The notes under the pieces are model-generated. The model saw only the letters and a program-made list of their open reading frames with translations, had not been told where the DNA came from and did not search any database. This document shows positions 9,758-20,830 of a stretch of DNA of 64,000 nucleotides, one piece after another; positions within the stretch are counted from its first letter, which is position 1; each line of letters begins with the position of its first letter. Position numbers and translations under genes: made by a program. Location of the stretch: positions 544,001 through 608,000 of the forward strand of contig CAWDML010000003.1 of the NCBI GenBank assembly GCA_963803435.1. The letters run 5' to 3'. The stretch comes from an uncultured delta proteobacterium (lineage in GTDB: Bacteria; Myxococcota; Kuafuiibacteriia; Kuafuiibacteriales; Kuafuiibacteriaceae).

Positions 9758-12700
9758 GACCTCCGGATCGATCGGCTTCACCACGTGCTCGTCGAACCCC
9801 GACGCCAGCGCGTGGTCACGGTCCTGCTGCTGCCCATAGCCGGTGAGCGCCACCAGCCGCGTGTGGTGCGACCCCAGGCGATCGCGAACCCTCCGCGCGA
9901 CCTCGTAGCCGTCGACCTTCGGCAGGCCGATGTCGACGAGGGCCACCAGGGGCTTCAGCCGAACGATCAACGAGATGCCCTCCTCACCGTCGCTCGCGGT
10001 CTCGACCTGGTAGCCGTCACCCTCGAGGAGCATCCGTAGCGTCTCACGGCTGTCCGAGCGATCCTCCACCAGCACGATCTGGAGCCCCGGGCCGATCTTG
10101 CTCGCGACCGCCGTCATCGCCGCCGCCTCGACCTGCTTCACGCGCACGTGGGGCAGCCGGACCTCGAACTCGGATCCGCGTCCTGCGCCCTCGCTCGTGA
10201 CCCGAACGGTCCCGTCGTGCAGCTCGACGATCGACTTGACCAGCGTCAGCCCCAGGCCCATCCCGCCTCGCGAGCGGGCCAGCGTCGTCTCGGATTGAAC
10301 GAACGCCTCGAAGATGTGCTGGTGCATCTTCGGCTCGATGCCGATGCCGTCGTCGCGGACGCGGATGAGCACCTGCTCGCCTTCGCGGCGGAGCGTGAGC
10401 CAGGCGTGTCCGCCACGCATGTTGTACTTGGCGGCGTTGTTGAGGAGGTTGACGATGATCTGCTGGAGCCGAGCGGCGTCCCCGTCGACCCAGAGCGGCT
10501 CCTCCGAGCAGTCCACCTCGAGCGCGACGCCGTACTCCTGGAACAGGTGCTGGGCTGCGGAGCTCACCTCTTCCAGCACGCCCCGCAGGTCCATGACCTC
10601 GCGCCTGAGCTCGATCTTGTTCTGAACCACGCGCGAGACATCGAGGAGATCGTCGAGCAGCCTCGCCATCTGCCCGGCCTGCCGCTGGATCACGCGGGTC
10701 GCGTATTGCTCGACGTCCCGCGTCGGAGAGGCGTCGAGCATCGCGCTGGCGGTCGTGATTGCGCTGAGCGGATTGCGAAGCTCGTGGGACAGCATCGCCA
10801 TGAACTCGTCGCGCCGGCGCACCGACTCTCGAGCCTCGTCCTCGGCCAGCTTCTGGCGGGTCACGTCGCGATGGACGCCGAGCGTGCCCACCACGCGATC
10901 AGCGCTCGTGTCGTGGAGCGGGAACTTGGTGGTGAGCAGCCAGTCCTCCTGACCGGAGCGCCAGCGCCGGTGCTGGAGCTTGTTCGTGATCGACTCCGCG
11001 GTGGCCAGGATCCGCTGGTCCTCCATCAGGGCCGCCGCCGCATAGGCCGCCACGTCGACCTCCGCCTCGGTCTTCCCGACGGCCTCGTCCGGGGATTCGA
11101 GTCCGAGACGGCCCGCCAGTGCCCGGTTGATGCGCACGTAGCGCCCGGCGGCGTCCTTGAACTCGATGAGGTCGGGGACGCTGTCCATCAGGCTCCGCAG
11201 CAGATAGCGCTCGCGGAAGAGCTCATCCTCGGCCTGCTTGAGCGAGGTGATGTCGATCAGCGTGAGCACCACGCCCGCGACCGAGCCTTTGGCGCGGTAG
11301 GGGAGGAGACGCAGGAAATACCAGCGTCCCAGGCGATCGCGCACGTCGCGCTCGAACGAGGTCTCTGTCTCGAGCACCTTGCCCACCTCGGCGACCAGCC
11401 CGGCGTACTGGATGTTGTGCGTGAAGCTCTCGATCGATCGCCCGACGTCCTGAGGGAGCAGGTTGAACGTCTCCGCGATCTTGGGCGTGAACTTGCGGAT
11501 CTGCATCTCGCGATCGAGGAAGATGGTGCCCACCTCCGTGCTCTCGAGGAGGTTGTCCATGTCGTTCGTGAGCTCGGTCAGCTCGGCGATCTTTCGCTGG
11601 AACTCCGCGTTGACGGTGTAGAGCTCCTCGTTGACCGACTGGAGCTCCTCGTTCGTGCTCTGCAGCTCCTCGTTCGACGCCACCAGCTCCTCGTTCGTGG
11701 CCTGGAGCTCCTCGTTGCTGGTCTCCAGCTCCTCGATCGTCGCCTGCAGGTTCTCCTTTGTGTAGCGGAGCTCGACCTCGAGCCGCCCGATCTCTTCGGT
11801 CGACAGCTCGTCGAGATCGACCTGCGCCACCGGGCTCTGCTTCTTCGTCTCCCGCTCGACCGGCCCGATCGTCACCAGCAGATGGACCGTGTTCGAACGT
11901 CGGTCGTGGATCGGGTGGATCTCGATCGACACGTCGTTCTGCCGGTAGCTCATCGGCGTCAGATCCTTGGCGGCGCGCTGGAGCGCTCCGGTCAACGCCA
12001 GCTTCAGGTCGGGCGCGACCAGCTCGAGGATGTCGCCGGTCGGGCGCCCGTCGGCCAGGCGCAGGTACCGCCCGGCACCGCCGAAGGTGTGCAGCAGCCG
12101 GCGGTTTTGAGAGACCAGGAAGCTCGGCGGGATGTAGCGCTCCAGGAGCGCGTCGTAGGCCCCGATCAGGTGGCCGACGGTGATCTCCTGCGTGTCCCGC
12201 GGGAGCGCCAGCGTGGCGGCCCGCTGCTGCTTCGCAGGCAGGAGCCGGAGCTCCGGGAGGCGGATGTCGCGGTGCTTTCGATAGACACGCCAGCGTTCGT
12301 CGATCACCTCGAAGTCGTCCCGGTAGGTTCCGGGGGTCTCGCTGCTCCCCAGAAAGAGCACGCCGTCCTTGGTGAGGCCGAAGTGGAAGAGCGACACCAC
12401 CTTTCGCTGCGCGTGCGGCTGGAGATAGATCATCAGGTTGCGGCACGTCGCCAGGTGGATGCGCGTGAAGGGGGCGTCCTTGATCAGGTTGTGCTGCGCG
12501 AACACGATCATCTGGCGGAGGTCCTGCACCACCCGATACGACTCACCCTCGCGGATGAAGAACCGCGCCAGGCGGGCCGGCGACATCCCCTCGATCCGAT
12601 CTTCGGTGTAGCGGCCGGCCGCCGCGACCTCGAGCGAGGTCTGGTGGACGTCGGTGGCGAAGATCTTCACGTTGAGAGGGCGGCTCGCCTTCTCGAACGC

Positions 12701-13693
12701 CTCGACCGCGCAGATCGCGATCGAGTACGCCTCCTCTCCGGTCGCGCAGCCGGCGACCCAGACGCGCAGCTCCTCTTCCCGCGACAGGCGTTCGATCAGC
12801 TGCGGAAGGATCGCCTCGATCTGTCCGAAGGCCTCCTCGTCGCGGAAGAAACGCGTCACTCCGATCAATAGGTCCTGATAGAGAGCGTCGAGCTCTCGGC
12901 GATCGCGCCTCAGTCGCTCGAGATACTCCTCGAGGTTGGACTCGCGGTGTAGCAGCAAGCGTCGCTCCACCCGACGTCCCACCGTGTTCGGCTTGTAGTG
13001 GGAGAAGTCGATGCCGAACTGATCCCGCAGGAGCTGTAACACCGCGTCCATGCCGGTCTTGTTGCCGCGCGTGAGCACGGCACCCTCGGACATGAACCCC
13101 TGCATGGAGTCATGGTCGACCAGGCGGGAGAGCACCTCTCCGATCTCCGTGGGATCCAGGTTGAAGTCGGCCACGCCCGAGTCTTCGGCGCTCCGCGGCA
13201 TCCCGTTGAACTTCGCGGAGTCTGGCTTTTGCACGATCACGAGCCCACCGGCCTCGTGAATGTTGACGATCCCGCGGGAGCCGTCGCTGCCCGAGCCGGA
13301 GAGGATGATGCCGATGGCCCGGTTGCCGAAGTCCTCCGCCAGGGATCGAAAGAAGATATCGATCGGCATGTTCAATTCATTGGCGGGATCTTTGTCGGTC
13401 AGGAGCAGCTTGCCGTCGGAGATGATCATCTCCTTCTTGGGTGGGATCACGTAGATCGAGTCCCGCTCGACGGTGACGCCGTCCTCCACGCGATGGACCG
13501 GCATCGTGGTGTATCGCGAGATCAGCTCGTCCATCATGCTCTCGAAGTCGGGTGAGAGGTGCTGCACGACCACGAAAGCCAGCCCGATGTCGGCTGGCAT
13601 CCCTGTGAACAGTCGCTCCAGCGCCTCGAGACCGCCGGCGGACGCGCCGACTCCAGCGACATAGTTGGGCGAGCGTTCGACCGTCGACTCCAT
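9722..13693 (-). CDS. CheB/CheR fusion with PAS domains, histidine kinase and receiver
   Basis: Che[17 protein letters not shown]; Che[25 protein letters not shown]; (SNEELQ)n coiled coil; SHELRNPL H-box; [20 protein letters not shown]; C-terminal REC (LVED, VDIGLP, KP). Confidence 0.95.
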   Translation of the reverse strand: MESTVERSPNYVAGVGASAGGLEALERLFTGMPADIGLAFVVVQHLSPDFESMMDELISRYTTMPVHRVEDGVTVERDSIYVIPPKKEMIISDGKLLLTDKDPANELNMPIDIFFRSLAEDFGNRAIGIILSGSGSDGSRGIVNIHEAGGLVIVQKPDSAKFNGMPRSAEDSGVADFNLDPTEIGEVLSRLVDHDSMQGFMSEGAVLTRGNKTGMDAVLQLLRDQFGIDFSHYKPNTVGRRVERRLLLHRESNLEEYLERLRRDRRELDALYQDLLIGVTRFFRDEEAFGQIEAILPQLIERLSREEELRVWVAGCATGEEAYSIAICAVEAFEKASRPLNVKIFATDVHQTSLEVAAAGRYTEDRIEGMSPARLARFFIREGESYRVVQDLRQMIVFAQHNLIKDAPFTRIHLATCRNLMIYLQPHAQRKVVSLFHFGLTKDGVLFLGSSETPGTYRDDFEVIDERWRVYRKHRDIRLPELRLLPAKQQRAATLALPRDTQEITVGHLIGAYDALLERYIPPSFLVSQNRRLLHTFGGAGRYLRLADGRPTGDILELVAPDLKLALTGALQRAAKDLTPMSYRQNDVSIEIHPIHDRRSNTVHLLVTIGPVERETKKQSPVAQVDLDELSTEEIGRLEVELRYTKENLQATIEELETSNEELQATNEELVASNEELQSTNEELQSVNEELYTVNAEFQRKIAELTELTNDMDNLLESTEVGTIFLDREMQIRKFTPKIAETFNLLPQDVGRSIESFTHNIQYAGLVAEVGKVLETETSFERDVRDRLGRWYFLRLLPYRAKGSVAGVVLTLIDITSLKQAEDELFRERYLLRSLMDSVPDLIEFKDAAGRYVRINRALAGRLGLESPDEAVGKTEAEVDVAAYAAAALMEDQRILATAESITNKLQHRRWRSGQEDWLLTTKFPLHDTSADRVVGTLGVHRDVTRQKLAEDEARESVRRRDEFMAMLSHELRNPLSAITTASAMLDASPTRDVEQYATRVIQRQAGQMARLLDDLLDVSRVVQNKIELRREVMDLRGVLEEVSSAAQHLFQEYGVALEVDCSEEPLWVDGDAARLQQIIVNLLNNAAKYNMRGGHAWLTLRREGEQVLIRVRDDGIGIEPKMHQHIFEAFVQSETTLARSRGGMGLGLTLVKSIVELHDGTVRVTSEGAGRGSEFEVRLPHVRVKQVEAAAMTAVASKIGPGLQIVLVEDRSDSRETLRMLLEGDGYQVETASDGEEGISLIVRLKPLVALVDIGLPKVDGYEVARRVRDRLGSHHTRLVALTGYGQQQDRDHALASGFDEHVVKPIDPEVLRSMLARLGGS

Positions 13694-13719
13694 TCAGAAC
13701 GGAGACGATAGCAAACGGA

Positions 13720-16700
13720 TCAGGGAAGGATCATCGACGCAAACACGCGCGGGTTTTTGATGTGGCGATCCTGTAGTCGACGATCGACCTCTTTTTGGAT
13801 CGCCTTGCCGTCGTTCGGGATGAGCTTCGCGCGGCGGCGGTGCGCCACCAGTCCGTGAACCGCCATGTCGGCAGCGAGGAATGCTTTCGCCGCACGATCG
13901 TAGAGCGAGGCCGCCTCGCTGAATCCTCCGCTCTTCTCGACCGTGCGTGCCCGGACGATGTGTCCCATTGCCACAGCGTACGGTGTGGCTTCTTTCTCCA
14001 GTGAGTGGGCGTCATGTTTTGCCGCCTTCAGATCGGCGGCCGCCAGCGCACAGCGGGCCCGCAGGAAGCGAGCCTCGACCCGGATCACCTGCACGCGCAT
14101 GAACATGGACTCCTCCAGCTGCCGCCAGTGTTGCTGGATCCTGCGCCAGGCACGCTCGCCGTCGCCCGAGTACAAGTCGAGCTGCACGCGCGACGAGAGC
14201 TCCCAGTAGTGCTGGAGGTGAAAGCCGGCTTGGGCAGACTCGGAGGTGGCCTCTTCGAGGTTCCGCTTCACGGCCGCAGGATCGTCGTCGGCCAGCCAGA
14301 TGACAGTCGCGTTGGCGGACATCCGCAGCAACGTCGCCGCATACAGATCCCGCCGTGTCTTCGCGTCCTGAACCAGCGCGTCGAGTCGCTCGCGCAGACC
14401 GTCGAAGCTGCCCCGATAAGAGTCGGACCAGAGGCGGAACGTGGTCGCGGTGTCGAGCTCCCAGTCGACGCCCGTACAGCGCTCCCGGAGCATCGAGTCG
14501 GCGCGCGTGCTCTTCTCGGCGCACTCCGCCCACTGTCCGGCGTGCCAGGCCGCGAAGGCCTCGCCGAGCCCCGCGAAGCCCTGCACGTACGGATCTTCGA
14601 TCCTCGACGCCAGCGCGCCCAGCGCCGTCAGTACGCGCTTCACTCGGTTGGGGCTTTTGTCTCCCTGGCTCGTCAGCAGGCCGAGCTCCATCGCCAGCGC
14701 GCGCGCGACGCGGTTTGCATCGCCGGCGTCGAGCGCCAGGTAGAGGAACGAGCTGATGAAGATCGACGAGCGGATGACGTCGACCATCGTCAGGCCCACG
14801 CCCGCCGACCAGCAGGCGTCGACGCGCTCCAGCGTCCCCGGCGGGATCTCGTCGGGGTCGCGCTCGCGAAACGAGAGGCCGCGGAGCAACAGCCGCGATC
14901 GGATCACACGCAGCGTCTGATACGCGTCCTCGTTCCGCTCCGGGTACTCCATCCCGTGGGATAGGAGCACGTCCTTGAGGATCGCGATCCCGCGGGTGGC
15001 CAGGCCGAAGCGGAGAAACTGCTCCGCCGCCCGCCGGAGCAGATCGATGCGCCGGTCCTTCGGCGCTCGGCCTGCCGCCTTCAGGTACGCCTCCGCGGCC
15101 TCGTCGCCGCGGCCTGCTTGCGCCAGCGCATCGGCCCACTTGGCCCGCAGGTCCCAGCGATCCTCGCTGTCGCTCGAGAGATCGAGCGCCAGTCCGTACA
15201 GCGACGCCGCCTGGTAGAAGGCGGTCGCCCCCAGCGATCGGTCGGCGGCCTCTTTGGCTGCGGCCGCCGCCGCATCGTTCTGGCCCGCCTCCTGGAGCGC
15301 GAGCACCAGCTCCTCGGGCGCAGCGCGTTGATCGTCGGCGAGCGTGCGGGCGAGGGCGCGCCGCCGGTGGCGAAGCGTCGTCGCGTCCATGGTGTCGACG
15401 ACGGTGCTGCGGATGCGGTCGTGATACGCCTCAATCTCGTCGACGCCGTTCGCATTGCGCGTCCGCGCCAGGTGGTGGCTGGTCAAGAGCGCCGCCACAC
15501 TGCGCTCCTTGGCGTCGAGGTTCGCGGCGCGGTTGGCCACCTCGAGGCGGAGCGGCCGACCGGCCACCGCGACAATCTCCAGGAGCTCGCGGGCGGCCGT
15601 GGGGAGGTGGCTCAGGCGGGCCCGTAGGACCTCTCTGAGCGAGATCGATTCGGAGGTGTCGGCGTCGTCCAGGGGGACCGCCAGGTTCACGTCGCTCGAC
15701 TCGGAGTGCTGCGCGTGCACCGCCAGCTCGTAGATGAACAGCGGGCTGCCCTGGGCCTCGCGCAGGATCTCCTCGGCCCGCTCGTCGATCGAGACGGGCA
15801 CCGAGAAGCGGCCGCTCGCGGTCTGGGGACGGCTCCGCTCGCGGGCGCCCATCTTGTCGATGATCGCGCGCGCCAGCCGCCGTGAGGCGTCGGGGTCCAG
15901 CGGCCCCACCAAGAGGTCGCGCACCTCGGCGTCGGGGTGGTCCGGAGTCATGCGCAGGACGCGCACCAGCTCGCTCGCGTCGCGATCCTCGGTCCGATAC
16001 ACCGCGATCAAGGTCAAGGGCGGCGCCCCCGGCTGGCGGAGGAGCTCCTCGATGAGGCGCGCGCTGTCCGCGTCGCCCCACTGGAGATCGTCGAGGCAGA
16101 GGACCACCGGTTTTTTCTTGCCGATCGCACGGAGCAGCTCGCGAAATGCGGCGAAGGCGCGCGCGCGGATCTGGATCGGATCCAGCGCCTCCTTCGCGCT
16201 CGCGGAGCGATGATGGACGGCGTCGACCCGGTTCAGCACCGGAAACAGCCGTGAGAGCGCCTCGATCCCCTCGGGGAGCATGGCCTCGACCTCGAGGAAG
16301 GGGACCTTGCGCAGGTGGCGGCTCATCCCGTCGATCAGGTTGTCGAGCGCCTTGTAGGGCACGAGCTCACGCTCGTAGCAGCGCCCCGCGAAGACGTGTG
16401 CGCGCCCGGTCTCGTCGAGGTGCTCGAGGAAGCGGCGGACCAGCGCCGTCTTCCCAATCCCGCTGGTGCCGCGCACGTGAACGATGATCGTCTTGCCCTC
16501 GGAGCCGGCCTCGAAGGCCTCCTCCAGCATCGCCAGGTGCTCCTCGCGCCCGACGAACTGCGGCGACAGATCCGGTACGGCGAACGCGAGCGCCGGCGTG
16601 GCCAGCGCCGGGGGAAGACCGCCCAGCTTGTCGAGGATCTCGCGACCCGACGGCCGCGCCTTCGGATCGCGCTGGATGAGCGACTGGCAGAGCTCGGCCA

Positions 16701-17586
16701 GATCCTTCGGCGCGCCGGGGTTCAGCTCGAGCACCGTCTGCGGATCCTTCTGCTGCTTCTCGAAGATCACCTTGTAGAGCGTCCCGGTGAAGGGGAGCCT
16801 GCCGGTGAGCGCCTGATAGAGCATCGTTCCCGTCGCGTACCAGTCGCTGGCCGGCCCCACGCCTTCGCCCGCCGCCTGCTCCGGGGCCATGTACGCCACC
16901 GTCCCCACCACCGAGCCCATCGCGCTCTGCGCCAGCGAGTCCTCGTCGACGTCGGTGGCCAGCCCGAAGTCGAGCAGCACGATCCGTCCTCGCGGCGTCA
17001 CCATCACGTTGGACGGCTTGATGTCGCGGTGGAGCTTGCCGGTGTCGTGCAGCGCGACCAGGCCCTCGGCGAGCTCCTTGAGCGCGTGGCGCAGCCGGTC
17101 GTAGTCGAGCGGGGGAAGCGCGCCTGCGTGCGTTTCACCGACCGCGACCTGGGTCAGGAGGTCGAGCTGATCGGTCCCGAGCTCGCCGTCCGGGAGCGTC
17201 CGGGTGACCGGGAGCCCGTCGACCAGCGTCGGGACCGTGTTGTCCTCCGTGCGCGCCTCGGAGAGGAGTCCGGGCCGCACGTACTGGAGGAAGTTGACGC
17301 CCTCGACGAGCTCCATCGTGAAGAACCAGTGCTCGCCGCTCATCACCAGCTCGTGCAACGTCACCAGGTTGGGGTGGTTGACGTCCGCGAGCGCGCGGAA
17401 CTCCCTCTTGATGCGGTAGATCGCGCCCGGGCTCATGCGGAGCAGGATCTTGAGCGCGACCTCGGTACGTCGCTCGCGATCGTACGCCTGGTAGACGACA
17501 CCCATCCCGCCCTCGCCGATGCGGCGGATGACCTCGAAGCGTTCGCTTCCCTTGAAGTCGTGGGCGCCGAGCTGCCAGCCAGTCAC
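13720..17586 (-). CDS. Ser/Thr protein kinase with STAND/AAA ATPase and TPR-like helical region
   Basis: IGEGGMGVVY, VALK, HRDIKPSN, DFGLA, YMAPEQ; FVGRE and GTSGIGKT Walker A; LDDLQWGD Walker B. Confidence 0.93.
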   Translation of the reverse strand: MTGWQLGAHDFKGSERFEVIRRIGEGGMGVVYQAYDRERRTEVALKILLRMSPGAIYRIKREFRALADVNHPNLVTLHELVMSGEHWFFTMELVEGVNFLQYVRPGLLSEARTEDNTVPTLVDGLPVTRTLPDGELGTDQLDLLTQVAVGETHAGALPPLDYDRLRHALKELAEGLVALHDTGKLHRDIKPSNVMVTPRGRIVLLDFGLATDVDEDSLAQSAMGSVVGTVAYMAPEQAAGEGVGPASDWYATGTMLYQALTGRLPFTGTLYKVIFEKQQKDPQTVLELNPGAPKDLAELCQSLIQRDPKARPSGREILDKLGGLPPALATPALAFAVPDLSPQFVGREEHLAMLEEAFEAGSEGKTIIVHVRGTSGIGKTALVRRFLEHLDETGRAHVFAGRCYERELVPYKALDNLIDGMSRHLRKVPFLEVEAMLPEGIEALSRLFPVLNRVDAVHHRSASAKEALDPIQIRARAFAAFRELLRAIGKKKPVVLCLDDLQWGDADSARLIEELLRQPGAPPLTLIAVYRTEDRDASELVRVLRMTPDHPDAEVRDLLVGPLDPDASRRLARAIIDKMGARERSRPQTASGRFSVPVSIDERAEEILREAQGSPLFIYELAVHAQHSESSDVNLAVPLDDADTSESISLREVLRARLSHLPTAARELLEIVAVAGRPLRLEVANRAANLDAKERSVAALLTSHHLARTRNANGVDEIEAYHDRIRSTVVDTMDATTLRHRRRALARTLADDQRAAPEELVLALQEAGQNDAAAAAAKEAADRSLGATAFYQAASLYGLALDLSSDSEDRWDLRAKWADALAQAGRGDEAAEAYLKAAGRAPKDRRIDLLRRAAEQFLRFGLATRGIAILKDVLLSHGMEYPERNEDAYQTLRVIRSRLLLRGLSFRERDPDEIPPGTLERVDACWSAGVGLTMVDVIRSSIFISSFLYLALDAGDANRVARALAMELGLLTSQGDKSPNRVKRVLTALGALASRIEDPYVQGFAGLGEAFAAWHAGQWAECAEKSTRADSMLRERCTGVDWELDTATTFRLWSDSYRGSFDGLRERLDALVQDAKTRRDLYAATLLRMSANATVIWLADDDPAAVKRNLEEATSESAQAGFHLQHYWELSSRVQLDLYSGDGERAWRRIQQHWRQLEESMFMRVQVIRVEARFLRARCALAAADLKAAKHDAHSLEKEATPYAVAMGHIVRARTVEKSGGFSEAASLYDRAAKAFLAADMAVHGLVAHRRRAKLIPNDGKAIQKEVDRRLQDRHIKNPRVFASMILP

Positions 17587-17589
17587 GGG

Positions 17590-19854
17590 TTAGGATTTGT
17601 CGGTCTCTGCGTAGCGTTTCTTGAGGAGGTAGCCGATGCATTCGGCGGTGCACTCCTTCTCGTATCCGTAGCGGTCCTTCATCCGGGTGATGGACCGCTG
17701 CGCGACCTCGAGCTCCCGCTCCTCGGCGTTGCGAATCTCGCCGTCGCCCAGGATATCGAGGACGTTCTTGATGGTCTTGGTGATCACCTTGCGCTGGCGG
17801 CGGTAGTAATCGATCTCCATCTTCTCGATGTAGCGGGGGAAGAGCGTCCGGTAGTTCGGGGTCTGGCCTGCGTGCTCGAGCCCCCAGGCGCCGATGCGGC
17901 CCAGCACCGCCCGGCGGAACTCCTCGCGGTCCTCACCCTCGGCGAGGAGCACGCGCTCGACCTCGCGCATCATGTCCTCGTCGGCCGGTAGATAGCGCCC
18001 CGTGACCTTGTCCAGCAGCTTGGCCTTCTTCACGTGGTGCGACGCGTGCAGCACGTACTTCGCGAACAGCTGCTCGTGCTGCGCCTCCTCGACCAGCCCC
18101 ATCGAGGTGCGGAACTCCTCGTCGAGGAGATCGAGCCACCACTCCTCCACCTGATCGATGAAGCGCGGAGAGTCGTGGTAGCCCTCGCGCGGCTCCTGCT
18201 TGAGGAAGCCGTAGATCGAGGGATCGCGGACCAGCTCGCGCAGCTCCTCGAACACCGGCAGCGGCGTGAGGCAGCGGTGGTCGGGGTGGTGGGCGGCGTT
18301 GAGGATCATGGTCCGGATCTCGCGCGCCGAGGCCCCGGTCTGTCCCTCGTAGTAGAGGACGGTGCGGTACTCGTCGTAGATCCCTGCGATCGCCTGCTGC
18401 AGCTCCCGCATCTCCTGTTCGCTGCACCAGCGCGGCACCTCTCCGGTGTTGTAGAGGTCGAGCTTCTCGAGCGGCTTCAGCCGGCGGACGATGTTCTTCA
18501 CCTTGCCGGAGTAGTGATCGGGGTCCGGCCACTTGAGCCGCGTGAGCACAGCCCACATCGCTGCCACCTCCACCACGTGCGGGGCCAGCGGCTTGTCGAT
18601 CGTGGTGGGCGTGATCTGGCGGGTGTAGATCTCGATCTCGTCGGAGAAGCGGCGCAGGTAGGGGACCCGCACCAGCTCGATGCGCCCCTTGAAGCTGTTC
18701 CAGTCCGGATACTCCTTGAAGGCCTCCAGCTGTTTCTCGTTCGACGAGCCGATCAGCACCTCGTCGAGGTGGATCATGAACTGCGGCAGCGAGGCGGTGG
18801 CCTCCTCGCTGGTGGTGAGGAGGTACTTGAAGGCCTCGATCGGTCGCTTCAGGAGATCGGCGAACTCGAGCATCCCGCGGTTCGCGGAGACCAGCGGGCC
18901 GTGGATCTCGAACAGCGGCACGCTCTGGAGGGCCCGCGGCAGGTTCGCGATCGACCGATCGGCGGTGATCTGCTGCGCGTTGGCGTCGACGTGCATCTGC
19001 GGCTCGACCGTGGCGATCGCGCGGCCGTACTTCGAGGAGACGTAGAACCGCTCCACCTGGATGTGGCGGAGCACCTCCATGTGGTCGCCGTCGTTGGCCA
19101 TCAGGAGGGCGTCGTAGATCGCGCGATCCCGCGGCGAGAGGTCGCCCTCGAGGATGTAGCGGGAGACGGCGAAGTCCGCGGGGATCTCGCCGCTCTCGCG
19201 GAGGCGCTTCACCAGCGCGATCCGCTCGGAACGCGGGAGGAGGAAGATCGGATGATCGCGCAGCTCGCAGGGGAGGCGGGCGTCGATCTGCTCCGTCGAC
19301 AGGTGCGCGTAGCTCCCTCCGGCGCTCGGTCGATCCTCCTTCTCGCTCGTGCCGAAGCCGAGGCGGCCCTTCACGATCTTCTCGGACGGGAAGATCCACG
19401 AGTACGAGTACAGCGCCCCTGCGGGGGTCTTCGAGTAGTGCTCCATCCCGGCTTGGATGCAGTGCACCAGGGACGACTTGGCCGAGCCGTTGGGTCCATG
19501 GAGGAGCACCAGCTTGGAGACGCGGCCGTCGCGGACGAAGTTCGAGACCAGGCGATAGATCTCGTTTTGAACCGCCTCCTGTCCCGAGACGCGGCCGTCG
19601 CCGTCGGACCAGGGCGCGTCGAAGAGCTTGTAGCGGAGGATGTCTCCGGTCGGCAGCCGGCGGAGCTCCGTGCCGTAGTAGTCGAAGACATCCTGGATGT
19701 ACTGGCTCGCGCTCCGCAGGTTCTGGGCGGGACGCTCGAGCAACAGCGTGAACCACTCCTCGAAGCTCAGCAGCGTGCGGTCGTCGTCGAATGCCTGTTT
19801 GACCCGGCCGGCAAGCCCCATCAGGAGCTCGCCCGCTTCTATCTCCTTCGACAC
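17590..19854 (-). CDS. prkA: PrkA-family serine protein kinase (AAA+)
   Basis: LFDAPW, LLHGPNGSAKS, ANRGMLEFADLLKRP, GASAREI: myxobacterial PrkA signature. Confidence 0.85.
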   Translation of the reverse strand: MSKEIEAGELLMGLAGRVKQAFDDDRTLLSFEEWFTLLLERPAQNLRSASQYIQDVFDYYGTELRRLPTGDILRYKLFDAPWSDGDGRVSGQEAVQNEIYRLVSNFVRDGRVSKLVLLHGPNGSAKSSLVHCIQAGMEHYSKTPAGALYSYSWIFPSEKIVKGRLGFGTSEKEDRPSAGGSYAHLSTEQIDARLPCELRDHPIFLLPRSERIALVKRLRESGEIPADFAVSRYILEGDLSPRDRAIYDALLMANDGDHMEVLRHIQVERFYVSSKYGRAIATVEPQMHVDANAQQITADRSIANLPRALQSVPLFEIHGPLVSANRGMLEFADLLKRPIEAFKYLLTTSEEATASLPQFMIHLDEVLIGSSNEKQLEAFKEYPDWNSFKGRIELVRVPYLRRFSDEIEIYTRQITPTTIDKPLAPHVVEVAAMWAVLTRLKWPDPDHYSGKVKNIVRRLKPLEKLDLYNTGEVPRWCSEQEMRELQQAIAGIYDEYRTVLYYEGQTGASAREIRTMILNAAHHPDHRCLTPLPVFEELRELVRDPSIYGFLKQEPREGYHDSPRFIDQVEEWWLDLLDEEFRTSMGLVEEAQHEQLFAKYVLHASHHVKKAKLLDKVTGRYLPADEDMMREVERVLLAEGEDREEFRRAVLGRIGAWGLEHAGQTPNYRTLFPRYIEKMEIDYYRRQRKVITKTIKNVLDILGDGEIRNAEERELEVAQRSITRMKDRYGYEKECTAECIGYLLKKRYAETDKS

Positions 19855-19872
19855 GATTCTGGTTTAACGCGA

Positions 19873-20181
19873 CTAGGGCTGCTTGAGAATGGCGATGAAG
19901 ATGACGAGCAGATACAGGCCGATGCAGGCCAGCCCGACGAGGAGCGTACCCTTGTCGAATCCGAGCGAGCTCTTCAGCGCCCGGGCCACCTGCCGGTTCT
20001 CCTCCGAGAGGTCCGAATCTGCGAGCGCCTCGTCGAAGAGCTGGCGCGCCGCGACGTAATCGCCCCGGGCGAAGGTGTCGATGGCGGGGGCCAGCGGTCC
20101 GGAAAGGGTCGCGCTCCGCTTGTTCTTCCCCTTCGGCTCTCCCTTCGCGGCCGGCTTCGCCGTCTTTCGTTTCTTCGCCAC
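19873..20181 (-). CDS. Small membrane protein (basic N-terminus, C-terminal TM)
   Basis: 102 aa ORF, Lys-rich start, FARGDYVAAR helix, hydrophobic C-terminal segment; TACGGT 7 nt upstream of GTG. Confidence 0.7.
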   Translation of the reverse strand: MAKKRKTAKPAAKGEPKGKNKRSATLSGPLAPAIDTFARGDYVAARQLFDEALADSDLSEENRQVARALKSSLGFDKGTLLVGLACIGLYLLVIFIAILKQP

Positions 20182-20275
20182 GGCCGGGACCGTACACCGC
20201 GCACTGAACGCAGATCTAGGTGGGCGATCAGCGCTTGGGTACTTTCATCCAAGTCTTTGATTTCGTGGCAGAACC

Positions 20276-20304
20276 TTGACGACCCCCAAGGCCTCCCGTA
20301 CCGT
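20276..20304 (+). promoter_or_regulatory. sigma70-type promoter of the dcw cluster
   Basis: TTGACG (20276-20281), 17 bp spacer, TACCGT (20299-20304). Confidence 0.65.
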
Positions 20305-20307
20305 GCC

Positions 20308-20340
20308 GAAGTGGTGGAAAGTGGATTGAAGTGGATCGAA
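20308..20340 (+). promoter_or_regulatory. MraZ operator: three GTGG boxes at 10-bp period
   Basis: gaa GTGGtggaaa GTGGattgaa GTGGatcgaa, with GTGG at 20311, 20321 and 20331, between the promoter and mraZ. Confidence 0.8.
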
Positions 20341-20377
20341 TAGCCACTCTTGTGGATCCATTTTCCCAGGCGGTCCC

Positions 20378-20827
20378 ATGTTTCGCGGTCGGTACGAGCA
20401 CAGTCTGGATGCGAAGGGGCGCCTCGCGCTTCCCGCTGCGTTCAAGAAGGCGCTCTCCAAGACGGGCGACGAGATCCTCATCGTCACCACGCACATCTCA
20501 TCGCCGTGTCTCGTCGCGTACCCGCCCGGCGAGTGGGAGGCGTTCGAGCAGCGCCTCGCGAAGCTCCCGCAGTTCGAGCCGAGCGTGATGATGCTGCGGC
20601 GGCTCTACGTGGGCGGCGCGATGGAGTGCGCGATCGACAAGCAGGGCCGCATGCTGATCCCACCGGTGCTGCGGGAGTACGCGAACCTCGAGCGGGAGGC
20701 GTGCTGGGTCGGCGGGATGAAGACGCTCGAGATCTGGTCCAAGAAGAGCTGGTTCGAGATCGTCGAGGATGCACGCAAGGACGTCGGTGCCGACGTGCTG
20801 GCCAAGCTCGGCGAGCTGGGGATCTGA
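20378..20827 (+). CDS. mraZ: Division/cell wall cluster transcriptional repressor MraZ
   Basis: MFRGRYEHSLDAKGRL and DKQGR motifs; first gene of the dcw cluster. Confidence 0.96.
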   Translation: MFRGRYEHSLDAKGRLALPAAFKKALSKTGDEILIVTTHISSPCLVAYPPGEWEAFEQRLAKLPQFEPSVMMLRRLYVGGAMECAIDKQGRMLIPPVLREYANLEREACWVGGMKTLEIWSKKSWFEIVEDARKDVGADVLAKLGELGI

Positions 20828-20830
20828 TCG

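Noticed and set aside
11620-11745. 21-bp periodic repeats as a CRISPR or mobile repeat
   Set aside because: They encode the (S/T)NEELQ coiled-coil heptads of the CheB/CheR protein; there are no spacers.
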